From Octopus sinensis (taxonomy: Eukaryota), in NCBI RefSeq assembly GCF_006345805.1, contig NW_021836344.1, positions 1 to 24,619 on the forward strand: a stretch of DNA of 24,619 bases. Direction: 5' to 3'. How positions within the stretch are numbered: the first letter of the stretch is position 1; each line of letters opens with the position of its first letter. The notes beneath the pieces were generated by a model. It was not told where the DNA came from, did no database searches, and saw only the letters and a program-made list of their open reading frames with translations. The position numbers and the translations under genes were made by a program. Of the stretch, positions 11,276 to 21,903 are shown one piece after another.

Positions 11276-11826
11276 GAGTGAGAGAACAGTTCATGCCATC
11301 AAAGTGACACTGGGGTAAAATATACGAAGCCCAGTATACCCATCATGGCTACCCGTCTGATAAGGGTACATCAGGCACATGCATCACAACCACATGTGTG
11401 CGACATGGTGATCTCTTATCAAGAGAAACAGTGCACGACTTTGCAAGTGGAGCCCAGTTAGAATTTTCTTCAGGTTGAGTAGCCCATCCTGCTCAAAAGG
11501 TCCTTGGATAAGGATCGTTTAAGAATGTTGAATGAAACCACCCATGTTTCCAGAGGTGAACTATTCAACCCCAAATAATCCTTCTCAACACAGGCTATGA
11601 TGCTCTCCCACTACTTCTGCTCGTGATCAGAGATGCACATATCGTCAGCCACTAAGGGGACATGCTCAACTGGTTATGGTCAAACAACTGACAAGCAAAT
11701 CTGGTATTGAGCAGAATATTTGCTGTAGCCCATCTTTTATACCAAGACAAAACAATGTACATGATAACACTCCCAACAGATAAGATCAGAAGCCACGAGA
11801 GCCACTGCCTGGTACTGCATCAGGGC

Positions 11827-11828
<2 letters not shown>
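11276..11828. mobile_element. ~550-bp unclassified non-coding element bounded by (ATT)n on both sides
   Basis: Sharp shift to GC-richer sequence exactly between two ATT tracts (11223-11275 and 11829-11860); no ORF, no clear A/B box, no TIR. Confidence 0.5.
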
Positions 11829-11860
<32 letters not shown>

Positions 11861-12062
11861 GAGCTGGCAGAATCGTTAAATCGTTAACATGTTTCGCGGT
11901 ATTTCGCCAGTCGTTACGTTCTGAGTTCAAATTCTGCCGAGGTTGACTTTGCCTTACAGCCTTTCTGGGTCTATAAAACAAATACCAGCTGAACACTGAG
12001 GTCGATGTAATCGACTCATCCCCACCCCGCACAAGCTGCGTTGGGACAAAAATTTGAAATCA
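11861..12062 (+). mobile_element. SINE-B monomer, diverged, with AAT-type tail
   Basis: GAGCTGGCAGAATCGTTA...GAGTTCAAATTCTGCCGAGGTTGACTTTGCC...GGTCGATGTAATCGACT...AAAATTTGAAATC. Confidence 0.85.
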
Positions 12063-12176
12063 TAATAAATATAATAACAATAGTAATAATAATAATAATA
12101 ATAACTATTATTATTATTGTTGTTGTTGTTGTTGTTGTTGTTATTATTATTATTATTATTAGTAGTAGTAGTAGTA

Positions 12177-12207
<31 letters not shown>

Positions 12208-12227
12208 AAGTAGTAGTAGAAGTAGTA

Positions 12228-12258
<31 letters not shown>

Positions 12259-12299
12259 AAGTAGAAGTAGTAGTAGTAGTAGTAGTAGAAGTAGTAGTA

Positions 12300-12362
<63 letters not shown>
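12063..12362. repeat. Compound trinucleotide microsatellite (AAT)-(ATT)-(GTT)-(ATT)-(AGT/AGA)
   Basis: Read directly; source of the poly-L/S/V ORFs. Confidence 0.97.
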
Positions 12363-12374
12363 TTCCGTTATCTT

Positions 12375-12490
12375 TCGTTCCCTCGGGGTCGATGAAATAA
12401 TTACCAGTCAAATACCAGGGTCGATGTAATCAACTTCCCTTTCCCCTCAACAAACTGCTGACCCCCGCCGTGCCAAAATTTGAAACCGTT
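12375..12490 (+). mobile_element. SINE-B 3' fragment
   Basis: CCCTCGGGGTCGATGAAATAATTACCAG...GGGTCGATGTAATCAACT...GTGCCAAAATTTGAAACC. Confidence 0.75.
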
Positions 12491-12661
12491 ATTTACGGCT
12501 TTATCGACTTCAAGATTCACCCACCCACCCATCCGCCCACCCACAAAAAAAAAAGGAGTTATCTCACGTTTTCTCGAAGTTTAGAAATTCCCCTGACGTC
12601 AACAACATACAGTTTCCCGTTGAATAAAGTTTCTAAAATGTATCGAAAATTTCGAAGGATT

Positions 12662-12745
12662 GCTTTGATCCAATGGTAGAAAGTCAGTCATGTTTACGGG
12701 AGACATGGGCTCGAGTCCTATGGGCAGACTTTGCCATTTTCCATC
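12662..12745 (+). mobile_element. Degenerate tRNA-like head (Gly/Asp-like layout), probably an old SINE (family D) or tRNA pseudogene
   Basis: A-box-like TGATCCAATGGTAGAA, CGGGAGAC variable region, T-arm ATGGG-CTCGAGT-CCTAT, then GACTTTGCCATTTTCCATC resembling the SINE-B core. Acceptor and anticodon stems do not pair. Confidence 0.45.
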
Positions 12746-12782
12746 AAAAGTGTTTTTATAACCCAATATTATCCTGTGATTA

Positions 12783-13192
12783 TTTACTTTCTTTACTTGT
12801 TTCAGTCATTTGACTGCGGCCATGCTGGAGCACCGCCTTTAGTCGAGCAAATCGACCCCGGGACTTATTCTTTTTGTAAGCCCAGTACTTATTCTATCGG
12901 TCTCTTTTGCTGAACCGCAAAGTGACGAGGACGTAAACACACCAGCATCGGTTGTCAAACAATGTTAGGGGGACAAACACAGACACGCAAACATATACAC
13001 ACACACTTATATATATATATACATATATACGACGGGCTTCTTTCAGTTTCCGTCTACCAAATCCATTCACAAGGCATTGGTCGGCCCGGGGCTATAGCAG
13101 AAGACACTTGCCCAAGATGCCACGCAGTGGGACTGAACCCGGAACCATGTGGCTGGTTAGCAAGCTACTTACCACACAGCCACTCCTGCGCC
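12783..13192 (-). mobile_element. SINE-A, full length
   Basis: Reverse complement of head GGCGCAGGAGTGGCTG ends at 13192; complete body and tail. Confidence 0.94.
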
Positions 13193-13776
13193 TGCCACTC
13201 CTTTATAGATTTTAGAAGCGAATTATTTCAAGTTCTCTCGACGTTTCTAAATTTTTATGCCGTCAGTTGTAATTACATAATTATAATGTAATTACATATT
13301 TCTGTTTACTTTTAATTGGGGCTGATGAAATATTCGGTCTGTCGAAAGAGTTAAAACAAGGGGGGGGGGAAGTACAAAACAAAAATAACAACTAAAACAA
13401 TAACAACATAAGCAAAAAACCCCAAAATAAAACGGAATATAAAGAGAGAAAATATTTATGCAACCAAAATAAAATTGTCGTTATGCAATGACAAATATGC
13501 AGTTTGAAGAATTTTACCAATTTCTGTTGTTGAAATAGATGAGATGACCTCACGAAAATATTTCATTCTAAAATGTCTTGACACGAAGAGAGAAGAGAGA
13601 GAGAGAGGGGGGAAGGGGTGGGGTGGGGGTAAAAGTATATAAAATGGCGTTATATTTTTACACTTATAAATTTCGTTTTATTCCCATTTCATCCATTATT
13701 TATTCCGTTGAAAGAACGATGACAGCTCATTGGTCCGACTGATTCGTATGTTAGTAAAAATAACACGTGCGCTTGA

Positions 13777-14271
13777 TATACATACATGCACACATACATA
13801 CATACATACATACATACATACATACATACATACATACACACATGCACACATACATACATACATACATACTCACACACATACATTCATACATACATACATA
13901 CATACATACATACAAACATACATACATACATACACACATGCACACATACATACATACATACATACATACATACACACATACATACATACATACATACATA
14001 CATACACACATGCACACATACATACATACATACATACATACATACATACTCACACACATACATACATACATACATACAAACATACATACATACATACACA
14101 CATGCACACATACATACATACATACATACATACTACACATACATAACATACATACATACATACATATATATGTATTATGGATATATATATATACATACAT
14201 ACATACATACATGCATATATGCGTGTGTGTGTGTATATAAATATATATACTTACATTGTATGGTATTTATA

Positions 14272-14304
<33 letters not shown>

Positions 14305-14311
14305 CTACATG

Positions 14312-14345
<34 letters not shown>

Positions 14346-14380
14346 CATATATATATATGTATATATACATATATATACAT
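13777..14380. repeat. Long interrupted (TACA)n array grading into (TA)n/(CA)n
   Basis: Read directly; source of the HTYI/MYVC ORFs. Confidence 0.97.
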
Positions 14381-14639
14381 ACATGCTCACACACGTGTTT
14401 GTGTTTATTGCTTAGAAGTATGCACATACATTGTTTGTATCTACCTTCAATTATATAAACGTATATGTATGTGTGTATATTTTTGTGCGTGTGAGTATGT
14501 GTGTTTCATTTCTCAGTAAAGTAAAGATTCTTATCTTAAATAAATTACAAGCAAACAAAATATTTAATCAAAATATTGTCTGTTTACTCATACCACACAC
14601 ATTTTACATATATGTAATTATAAATTGTATGTATAATTG

Positions 14640-14782
<143 letters not shown>

Positions 14783-14877
14783 GGAGTAAACACATAAATG
14801 TGAAACAAGTGGAAAAAAGAGTACTCAAATACCAGTGGAGAGTAATTGGCTTTATTTTAAGCAGCAGAAGATTCAAC

Positions 14878-14924
14878 AAAATCTGTTACTCTGAGTTTCT
14901 CGTTGCCGTTCATCAGACAGTTTT
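14878..14924 (-). ncRNA. Minimal type-I hammerhead ribozyme motif
   Basis: Minus strand AAAACUGU-CUGAUGA-A CG GCAA CG A-GAAA-CUC A GAG-UA/ACAG A UUUU. Core complete; stem I CUGU/ACAG (+AAAA/UUUU); stem II 2 bp with GNRA loop and an A.A mismatch at 10.1-11.1; palindromic stem III with 1-nt loop; GUA triplet, predicted cut between 14887 and 14886. Confidence 0.7.
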
Positions 14925-14930
14925 GCTAGC

Positions 14931-14977
14931 AAAAACTGTCTGATGAACGGCAACGAGAAACTCAGAGTACAGATTTT
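14931..14977 (+). ncRNA. Mirror hammerhead motif (right arm of palindrome), stem I damaged by a 1-nt deletion
   Basis: CTGATGA at 14940-14946, GAAA at 14957-14960, GAGTA at 14965-14969 followed by CAG instead of ACAG. Confidence 0.55.
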
Positions 14978-15003
14978 GTTGAATTTTCTGCTGCTTAAAA
15001 TAA

Positions 15004-15036
<33 letters not shown>

Positions 15037-15144
15037 TTCAGGAAAAATTTAGATTCGAAATAATATGGTACTTAATTTATATATATAATATATATAATAT
15101 ATATGCATGTATGTATTAGAGATATTTATTTTATTAATTATATA

Positions 15145-15536
15145 GGCGTAGGAGAGACTGTGTGGTAAGTAGCTTGCTTATGAACCACATGGTTCCGGGT
15201 TCAATCCCACTGCGTGGCACCTAGGGCAAGTATCTTCTACTATAGCCTCGGGCCGACCAAAGCCTTGTGAGTGGATTTGGGAGACGGAAACTGAAAGAAG
15301 CCCGGCGTATATATGTATATATATGTATGTATGTTTGTGTGTCTGTATTTGTCCCCCCAGCATCGCTTGACAACCGATGCTGGTCTGTTTACGTCCCCGT
15401 AACTTAGCGATTCGGCAAAAGAGACCGATAGAATAAGTACTAGGCTTACAAAGAATAAGTCCTGGGGTCGATTTGCTCGACTAAAGGTGGTGCTCCAACA
15501 TGGCCACAGTCAAATGACTGAAACATGTAAATGAGT
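15145..15536 (+). mobile_element. SINE-A, full length
   Basis: GGCGTAGGAGAGACTGTGTGG head, B-box GGTTCAATCCC, complete 3' half. Confidence 0.93.
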
Positions 15537-16257
15537 ATATGTATATATACGTACTATATGAAAGTAATATAGTACTTATGTTTACGAATAAGGCTGCCAA
15601 CCACATTGCGTCAGGTTCAATCCAACTTCACGGTACACTGGGAAAGCGTTTTTAGAGTGAGTAATGCCTTGTAAATAAAAATTTAGTTTCCGGATATTGT
15701 ATGGTTACCCTACGAAGCATATTTGAAGAAACTCACCACTTTAGAGCATTCATTAAATCTGAGACAATTATTTAAAGAGAGCTTACGGCGTAAATTCGAA
15801 TAAAAGTTACCGTATACCGATCAAATTTGTATATGGTATGAGCGATTGAATTTTGATAGAGATACTGATTCTTTTAAAACCCAAATATCTATGGAAAGGT
15901 GTGTTGAAAATTTTCTTTCCAGATTTTTAAATCTAGGAAATGTTGATAAAAGTGAACTGTTAAGATACAAATTTTAGAAGCACCGTTGGTTTGAGTTTTA
16001 GCACAATAATTTAAAGCTTTTGAAAGATAATTACGATTAACGAAACAATTGCTTGAGATGATACACTACAAGTTGAAAAAATCATATTAATGTTGAAAAC
16101 GTTTTGGAAGTGAAATGGTTTATAAGGCAAGGAACTTATGTATACCTGAGTATTAACATATGTAAACATAAGCATCTATGTAAATATCGACGCATGTAGA
16201 GATTTATGTGCACGTGAATATTTTATGTGTATTATAATTTCCGCATTTTGATACTCG

Positions 16258-16474
16258 TCCCCTTAACGTAGATCTCTGGGAGATTCAGCATGCCATAGAC
16301 TGTGGCAAGAATGGCTCTTTGAAAAACACGTAAATTTATTTTTACCAGCTGAATGGACTGGAGCAACGTGCAACAAAGTGTCTTGCTCAAGGACAGAACG
16401 CGCCGCCAAGAATCGAACTCACGATGCTACGATCGTGTGCTGAATACCTTAACCACTAAGTCACGCGCCTTCAC
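16258..16474 (-). mobile_element. tRNA-derived SINE-C, head plus partial body
   Basis: Minus strand GTGAAGGCGCGTGACTTAGTGGTTAAGG (A-box)...GAGTTCGATTC (B-box)...GTCCTTGAGCAAGACACTTT..GTTGCTCCAGTCCATTCAGCTGG. The 3' extent to 16258 is less certain. Confidence 0.75.
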
Positions 16475-16542
16475 CTATGCGTACATTTAGAAACACCGAG
16501 AATAACACATATTCTATAGCATTGTAGATATCAATATATATA

Positions 16543-16727
16543 GGCGCAGGAGTGGCTGTGTGGTAAGTAGCTTGCTAACCAACCACATGGTTCCGGGTTC
16601 AGTCCCACTGCGTGGCATCTTGGGCAAGTGTCTTCTGCTATAGCCCCGGGCTGACCAATGCCTTGTGAGTGGATTTTGTAGACGGAAACTGAAAGAAACC
16701 TGTCGTATATATGTATATATATATATG

Positions 16728-16758
<31 letters not shown>

Positions 16759-16950
16759 GTGTGTGTTTGTGTGTCTGTGTTTGTACCCCTAGCATTGCTT
16801 GACAACCGATGCTGGTGTGTTTATGTCCCCGTTACTTAGCGTTACTTAGCAAAAGAGACCAATAGTATAAGTACGGTTTGCTCCACTAAAGGCGATGCTC
16901 CAGCATGGCCGCAGTCAAATGACTGAAACAAATAAAAGAGTAAAAGAGTA
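16543..16950 (+). mobile_element. SINE-A with an internal deletion in the 3' half
   Basis: Canonical head at 16543; the GCTTACAAAGAATAAGTCCTGGGGTCG segment is missing near 16873; (TAAAAGAG)n tail. Confidence 0.93.
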
Positions 16951-17239
16951 TCAGATAAGACAAGTATTAAAATTACACCATCGATAAAGGCCTAATGTTT
17001 CATGTGTTTTCGTGCTTTCATCGAAGGGAGGTCTCTAAGGTCGAGTTCACTATTTATAGTAATTCCGGGTTGCGTAAATTGGTGATACGCTGTGTTGCTT
17101 TTATATAAACCCACGGACCAAACTCGACCGAAAAAATGTGTAAGTCTTCTCGGAAATTCTCTTGTACTTATAACTGTTAATGATTAACATTTGATAGCGC
17201 TTGACTTCTCGGTGAAGCAACTGCTAAATGTTTTAGTTA

Positions 17240-17556
17240 TCTTTATACATAAAATTGAAATTATGTGTGTGAGGCTCTGTCTCCTCCGATTTAGATTCCT
17301 AACTACTCCCACATTTTGCGGTGCAGTTTGACCAAAAGCGGGTATCTTATAGTCGTCATTCATATCGAGCCCTTCTGGGTATTAGCACTCGTCTAAGATG
17401 AGTCTACGATGAGTCTACGATTTGAAAAAAAATTACCATCATTTTTCCGCATTTTTAATGATTTTTGCTCGGGTTATATAAGGGAAGTAACTCTCTAAAA
17501 ATGCTTATATAGTTATCTCCCTTACAAACCCGAGCAACGCCGGGCGATACTGCTAG
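17240..17556 (+). mobile_element. Non-autonomous Helitron (317 bp)
   Basis: 5' TCTTTATACATAAAA; 3' hairpin CCCG-AGCAACGC-CGGG, then CGATACTG-CTAG; inserted between A and T with no TSD. Confidence 0.88.
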
Positions 17557-17839
17557 TATGTTATAATACACACAACACAGTTTCTTTTCGATATACACAA
17601 ATAGATTTATATATAAACCTATGAAAGCGTGTCATACTTAACAACATTACGAGGCTGAGAGCTGGAGACACACTTATATATAGTTTATTTTAGCTAAACT
17701 ATTTTGCGTGACTTGTGTTTCAGGCCACTGCGATAATCAGACACACTGTTAAAAGAAACACTATACTCTGTATCACCGATTGCGTACATTTTTATTTACA
17801 AATAAATGGCAAACTGTAATTATAATAACAGTTGAGTTT

Positions 17840-18021
17840 ATGTATGTTTGTATGTATGAATGAATATATGTATGTATGTATGTATGAATGTATGTGTGTA
17901 TCTATCTGTCTATCTATCTAATATATATATATATATGGTGTACATATATATATATATCTATATAATATATATATAATATATATATATAATATATATATAA
18001 ACATATATATATACATACATA

Positions 18022-18079
<58 letters not shown>

Positions 18080-18272
18080 ATATGTGTGTGTGTAAAAGTC
18101 GGTCATTTGTCTTTAATTACGGGCCTATTTTTGATATAATTATCTATAACAACAATAAACGGACTATCAACCACGTGAAGTTGAACGCGTGACTATTGTC
18201 TTCATGGGTATATATATATGTATATATATATATAGATATATATATATATATATTATATATATATATATATAT
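17840..18272. repeat. (TATG)/(TA)n tracts (17840-18090 and 18210-18272)
   Basis: Read directly. Confidence 0.93.
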
Positions 18273-18500
18273 GTACAAGGAATCTAATGCTCTTAGCTTA
18301 GTTTTTCCTGGGGCTGGCCAGATTGGACCAATCTCTCGAGTATAACCAGCCGAATTGCAAAGATAATCTAGAAACTCGACTGAGAAAGAAAACTTCGAAT
18401 GACCCGTCCTTGTTTTCTTTGTATTGGCTATCTGGCTCTGTGTTTGTTGCCCTTTTTTATATCACCTGTCTGGATGTTTTGTGTTCTTGTCCCATTTTGC

Positions 18501-18555
<55 letters not shown>

Positions 18556-18684
18556 CGCGGCGTAAGCACATAAATGTGAAACAAGGTAGAAAAAAGAGTA
18601 CTCAATACCAGAGGTAGAGTAATATGCTTTATTTAAAAACAGCAGAAATATAACAAAAGCTGTTACTCAGAGTTTCACTTTCCC
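18556..18684 (-). mobile_element. Second copy of the Penelope-like repeat, retaining only the 3' half of the hammerhead
   Basis: Minus strand GGGAAAGT-GAAA-CTC T GAG-TA-ACAG C TTTT...AAATAAAG; the CUGAnGA half is replaced by the (CATA)n tract starting at 18685. Confidence 0.6.
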
Positions 18685-19110
18685 ATACAAACATACACAC
18701 ACACACACATACATACATACATACATACATACATACATACATACATACATACATACATACATACATAAGAACAGCAACAATTTAGATTCAAATGAATATG
18801 GTACTTAAATTAGATGCACCAGAATTTTGTATGGTGTTACCCATAAAAATATGCGGGGTGATCATAATAAAAAATAAGCAACAAGAATGATTCCGGTAAT
18901 TTGGTACAATTGTTTCGTACTACAACATTTTATTAAAAGCTGTAAGTATTACAACAGATTTAAGATACATACATATATACATACATACATACATACATAC
19001 ATACATACATACATACGTACATACATACATACACACATACATACATACATACATACATACATACATACATACATACATACATACATACATACATACATAC
19101 ATACATACAT
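18685..19110. repeat. (CATA)n tracts (18685-18766 and 18966-19110)
   Basis: Read directly. Confidence 0.95.
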
Positions 19111-19329
19111 GTATGTATATATGTATGTTTCTATGTTTATACAGGAATGTGTGTGTCTGTGTAAACATAGGCAATTAGAAAGATGTAGGATGATAAGGGT
19201 TCCGCGATGACGATAGAACCACTTCTAGCTATGGAACATATGATCCCATTAAAGTATGACGAATTCAATTTTAGTTTTTACTATTTCGTATTATTGGTAG
19301 AATGAATAGCAGAAAGTCTTCAGAGAAGA

Positions 19330-20337
19330 ACCCCATCTCATGCATTTGTTTTGACCTCAACTCCTTGCATTCTTAGGGTGAGCAGACCTCGTCCAGGTCA
19401 TAACTCTTAGATGGTCCTCTACTGCCGAATTCTGTGCGATTGTCAGCATTGCAGATTACATTTTCTACGGTGGTTAAGTCGCCTTGGAGTCCAGGTACTT
19501 TGGATGTCGTATCCAACTCGGTCTGAGACATTGATCGAGCGTAGGGTAAATTATGTCTTCTGAAATTAATTTCCTTTCTCTCTTGACCAGATCCAGTTAG
19601 AACTCTTCCCAGATACTTCTACTTAAGAGTTCTGGTTCCGCTTTCTCTTAGAAACAAATAGATTTGCCCTCAGAGATCCTCGCTCCCATCTGTATGTCGA
19701 GGGCTTTGGCTTAGAAGCCAGATTCGCTCTCATGGCTAAACTATCATATTGTTCAGTCTTGCAGATGGGTCTTCCTCTATTCCGTCTTCATATGGCACAG
19801 AGAATCCTTTGTTATGATGATAGTAAATGGAATATAATTTCCGGTCTGTAATCTTTCGTCACACATCCTGTGACCTCTTCAACGACACTCCGTCACACGT
19901 GTCTCTTCCTGTTCTGATCAATCCATCCTATACAAAACAAGAGGAAACACGTGGGATAAATATCCGCTCTCACACCACTCTTGTTGGTTTCTGGAAGAGT
20001 TCTTCCTTCTGACAAGTCTGTTGAGCATTTCCAGGCATCCACACAATACTGTAGAGCTAACACCCTTAATTCAATTGGCACAGTTGATCCGGGCCACAAT
20101 CTATTGTCTGCTGCCGTGTTGGACATCGATGGAGCTCCTGGTAGCTCCCTCTTCCCTTTTACGGTACAAATTACAAGTAAGGTTACTTAAAGCCCTTGAT
20201 TGTGCTCCATGTGTACCACTCTTGGGCAAGCGCCACTCTGCATGAGCGCAGGACACAGTCTACAGTATGTTTTCTTGGGCAGAGTGAGCACAAAGAGTTG
20301 TATAACTATTCCCACTTCACCAAGTTCATCTTGTTAT
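19330..20337 (-). pseudogene. Heavily decayed reverse transcriptase of an R4/Dong-type LINE
   Basis: Manual minus-strand translation across frameshifts gives motifs in the expected order: VARIN (cf. AWID), CLEML, FLLFCIG (ORF 19893..20126; cf. SPLLFCI), IFHLL (cf. ISHLL), KYLGRVL (~19600-19619), GRGLLTL (~19374-19396; cf. GGRGL). Many stops. Confidence 0.55.
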
Positions 20338-20343
20338 TAACAA

Positions 20344-20632
20344 CTAGCAGTATCGCCCGGCGTTGCTCGGGTTTGCAAGGGAAATAACTATATAAGCATT
20401 TTAGAGAGTTACTTCCCTTATATAACCCGAGCTAAAATCATTAAAAATGCGGAAAAATGATGGTAAATTTTTTTTTTAATCGTAGACTCATACCAAGAAG
20501 GGCTCGATATGAATCACGACTATAAGATACCCGCTTTTGGTTAAACTGCACTGCAAAATGTGGGAGTAGTTAGGAAACTAAATCGGAGGAGACAGACTCT
20601 TACACACACAACTTCAGTTTTATATATTAAGA
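20344..20632 (-). mobile_element. Non-autonomous Helitron, same family as 17240-17556
   Basis: Minus strand A|TCTTAATATATAAAA ... CCCGAGCAACGCCGGGCGATACTGCTAG|T; colinear with the first copy apart from a ~25-bp indel. Confidence 0.9.
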
Positions 20633-20805
20633 TTTCTTTTTACTTGTGCTTGGGTAGGACGATCAACGACTGCTTTTCAACTTAGCTTCGTAGCGATTAG
20701 AGATAACTTCACCAGTAATAGTACATGGCCTTTTTAAACACTAACATGTATGTTCTCTTTTGTAATCACTCGCCTATCATTCTATATATTAGGAGGTTTG
20801 ACAGT

Positions 20806-21000
20806 TAGAACTCTTCCTAGGTGCTTCTGCCATCACCTTCAAAGTTCTGGTCCGCTTTCTCTGAGAAACTTAGATTCGTTTTACTACATCGCAAATAGAT
20901 TTGCTCTCAAAGATCCTCGCTCCCATCCGTATGTCGAGGGCTTTGGCTTAGAAGCCAGATTCGCTCTCGTGGCCAAACTATCATATTGTTCATTCTTAGA
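20806..21000 (-). mobile_element. Partial second copy of the RT relic (direct repeat of ~19598-19760)
   Basis: Shares GATCCTCGCTCCCATC(T/C)GTATGTCGAGGGCTTTGGCTTAGAAGCCAGATTCGCTCTC and downstream ...AAACTATCATATTGTTCA. Confidence 0.75.
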
Positions 21001-21149
21001 AACTGAGGTAAATGTGTATTTATTTAGCAAGATGACTTCCATAGGGTTACAGCCGTTTCGTAACCTTCTTCATACAATAGTAATTTCAGAGGACTGTTAG
21101 AAGAGCTTACTGTAGCAGCCGCATGATTGTCTGAATCCGTATCTTAGAC

Positions 21150-21306
21150 TATGTATGTATGTATGTATGTATGTATGTATGTATGTATGTATGTATGTAT
21201 GTATGTATGTATGTATGTGTGTGTGTATGTATGTATGCATGTATGTATGTATGTATGTATAAATGTATGTATGTATGTATGTATGTATGTATGTATGTAT
21301 GTATGT
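21150..21306. repeat. (TATG)n microsatellite
   Basis: Read directly. Confidence 0.97.
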
Positions 21307-21903
21307 CAGGTCACTTTCGAGTGCTACTGGTAACATGTGACCCAGTACAACCTGTTGCATTGTCGGGTAACGAGGGGGCAGCCACCATGCATGTCTCTAC
21401 TGTAGTTAATCACTTCAATTCTTCTTCTGAAGATGGAGCTGGTTTCTAACAAAGATACGAAACTCCATCATTGGAATGTAGAAAATGAAAACGACGCCAC
21501 ATTTTAAACCTCTGAAAAGTCTTGCATATATTTACTGTTCCGCTTACAGGTTGTATTTGTAAGGTGCGACTCAGTTGACTGATTTCTTTTTCTGAAAATC
21601 CAAGCTTATCCAGACTGACTGTTACAAAATAAAGTGCTCCAATTATTATTGGTATGAATATAAATTTCTAATCCGGAAATAGAAGCTGGAGGTTTCGAAG
21701 CAGTTGTCCATAAATACCTTATTTCTCGTTGATTTTCAAAGAGTTATTCACATCCTGTGTGTATGTATGTATGTCATTATTCAGTTTTATTTCAAAGTTT
21801 CTTGCCAATAGGGAAAGAGCCAGTTTCTAACCTAAATCCAAAGCTCCTTCATTGGAATTTCAATAATATCAACCGAGTACTTTTGTTTGTATACATACGT
21901 CTG

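Noticed and set aside
12016-12411. Poly-Leu, poly-Ser and poly-Val ORFs, and the poly-Pro ORF at 22948-23241
   Set aside because: They are translations of trinucleotide microsatellites.
12662-12730. Functional tRNA gene
   Set aside because: Only the T-arm pairs; the acceptor and anticodon stems are broken, and SINE-like core sequence follows.
13322-13350. CTGATGA...GAAA as a hammerhead; also 21427-21465 and minus-strand 5390-5414 (GAAG)
   Set aside because: Stems I and III cannot be formed, or the core is wrong; at 21427 an alternative GATGGAG/CTCCATC hairpin dominates.
19598-21000. Direct repeats as the LTR pair of one retrotransposon
   Set aside because: The repeated segment translates to RT motifs (KYLGRVL / KHLGRVL) and lacks TG...CA ends, PBS and PPT.
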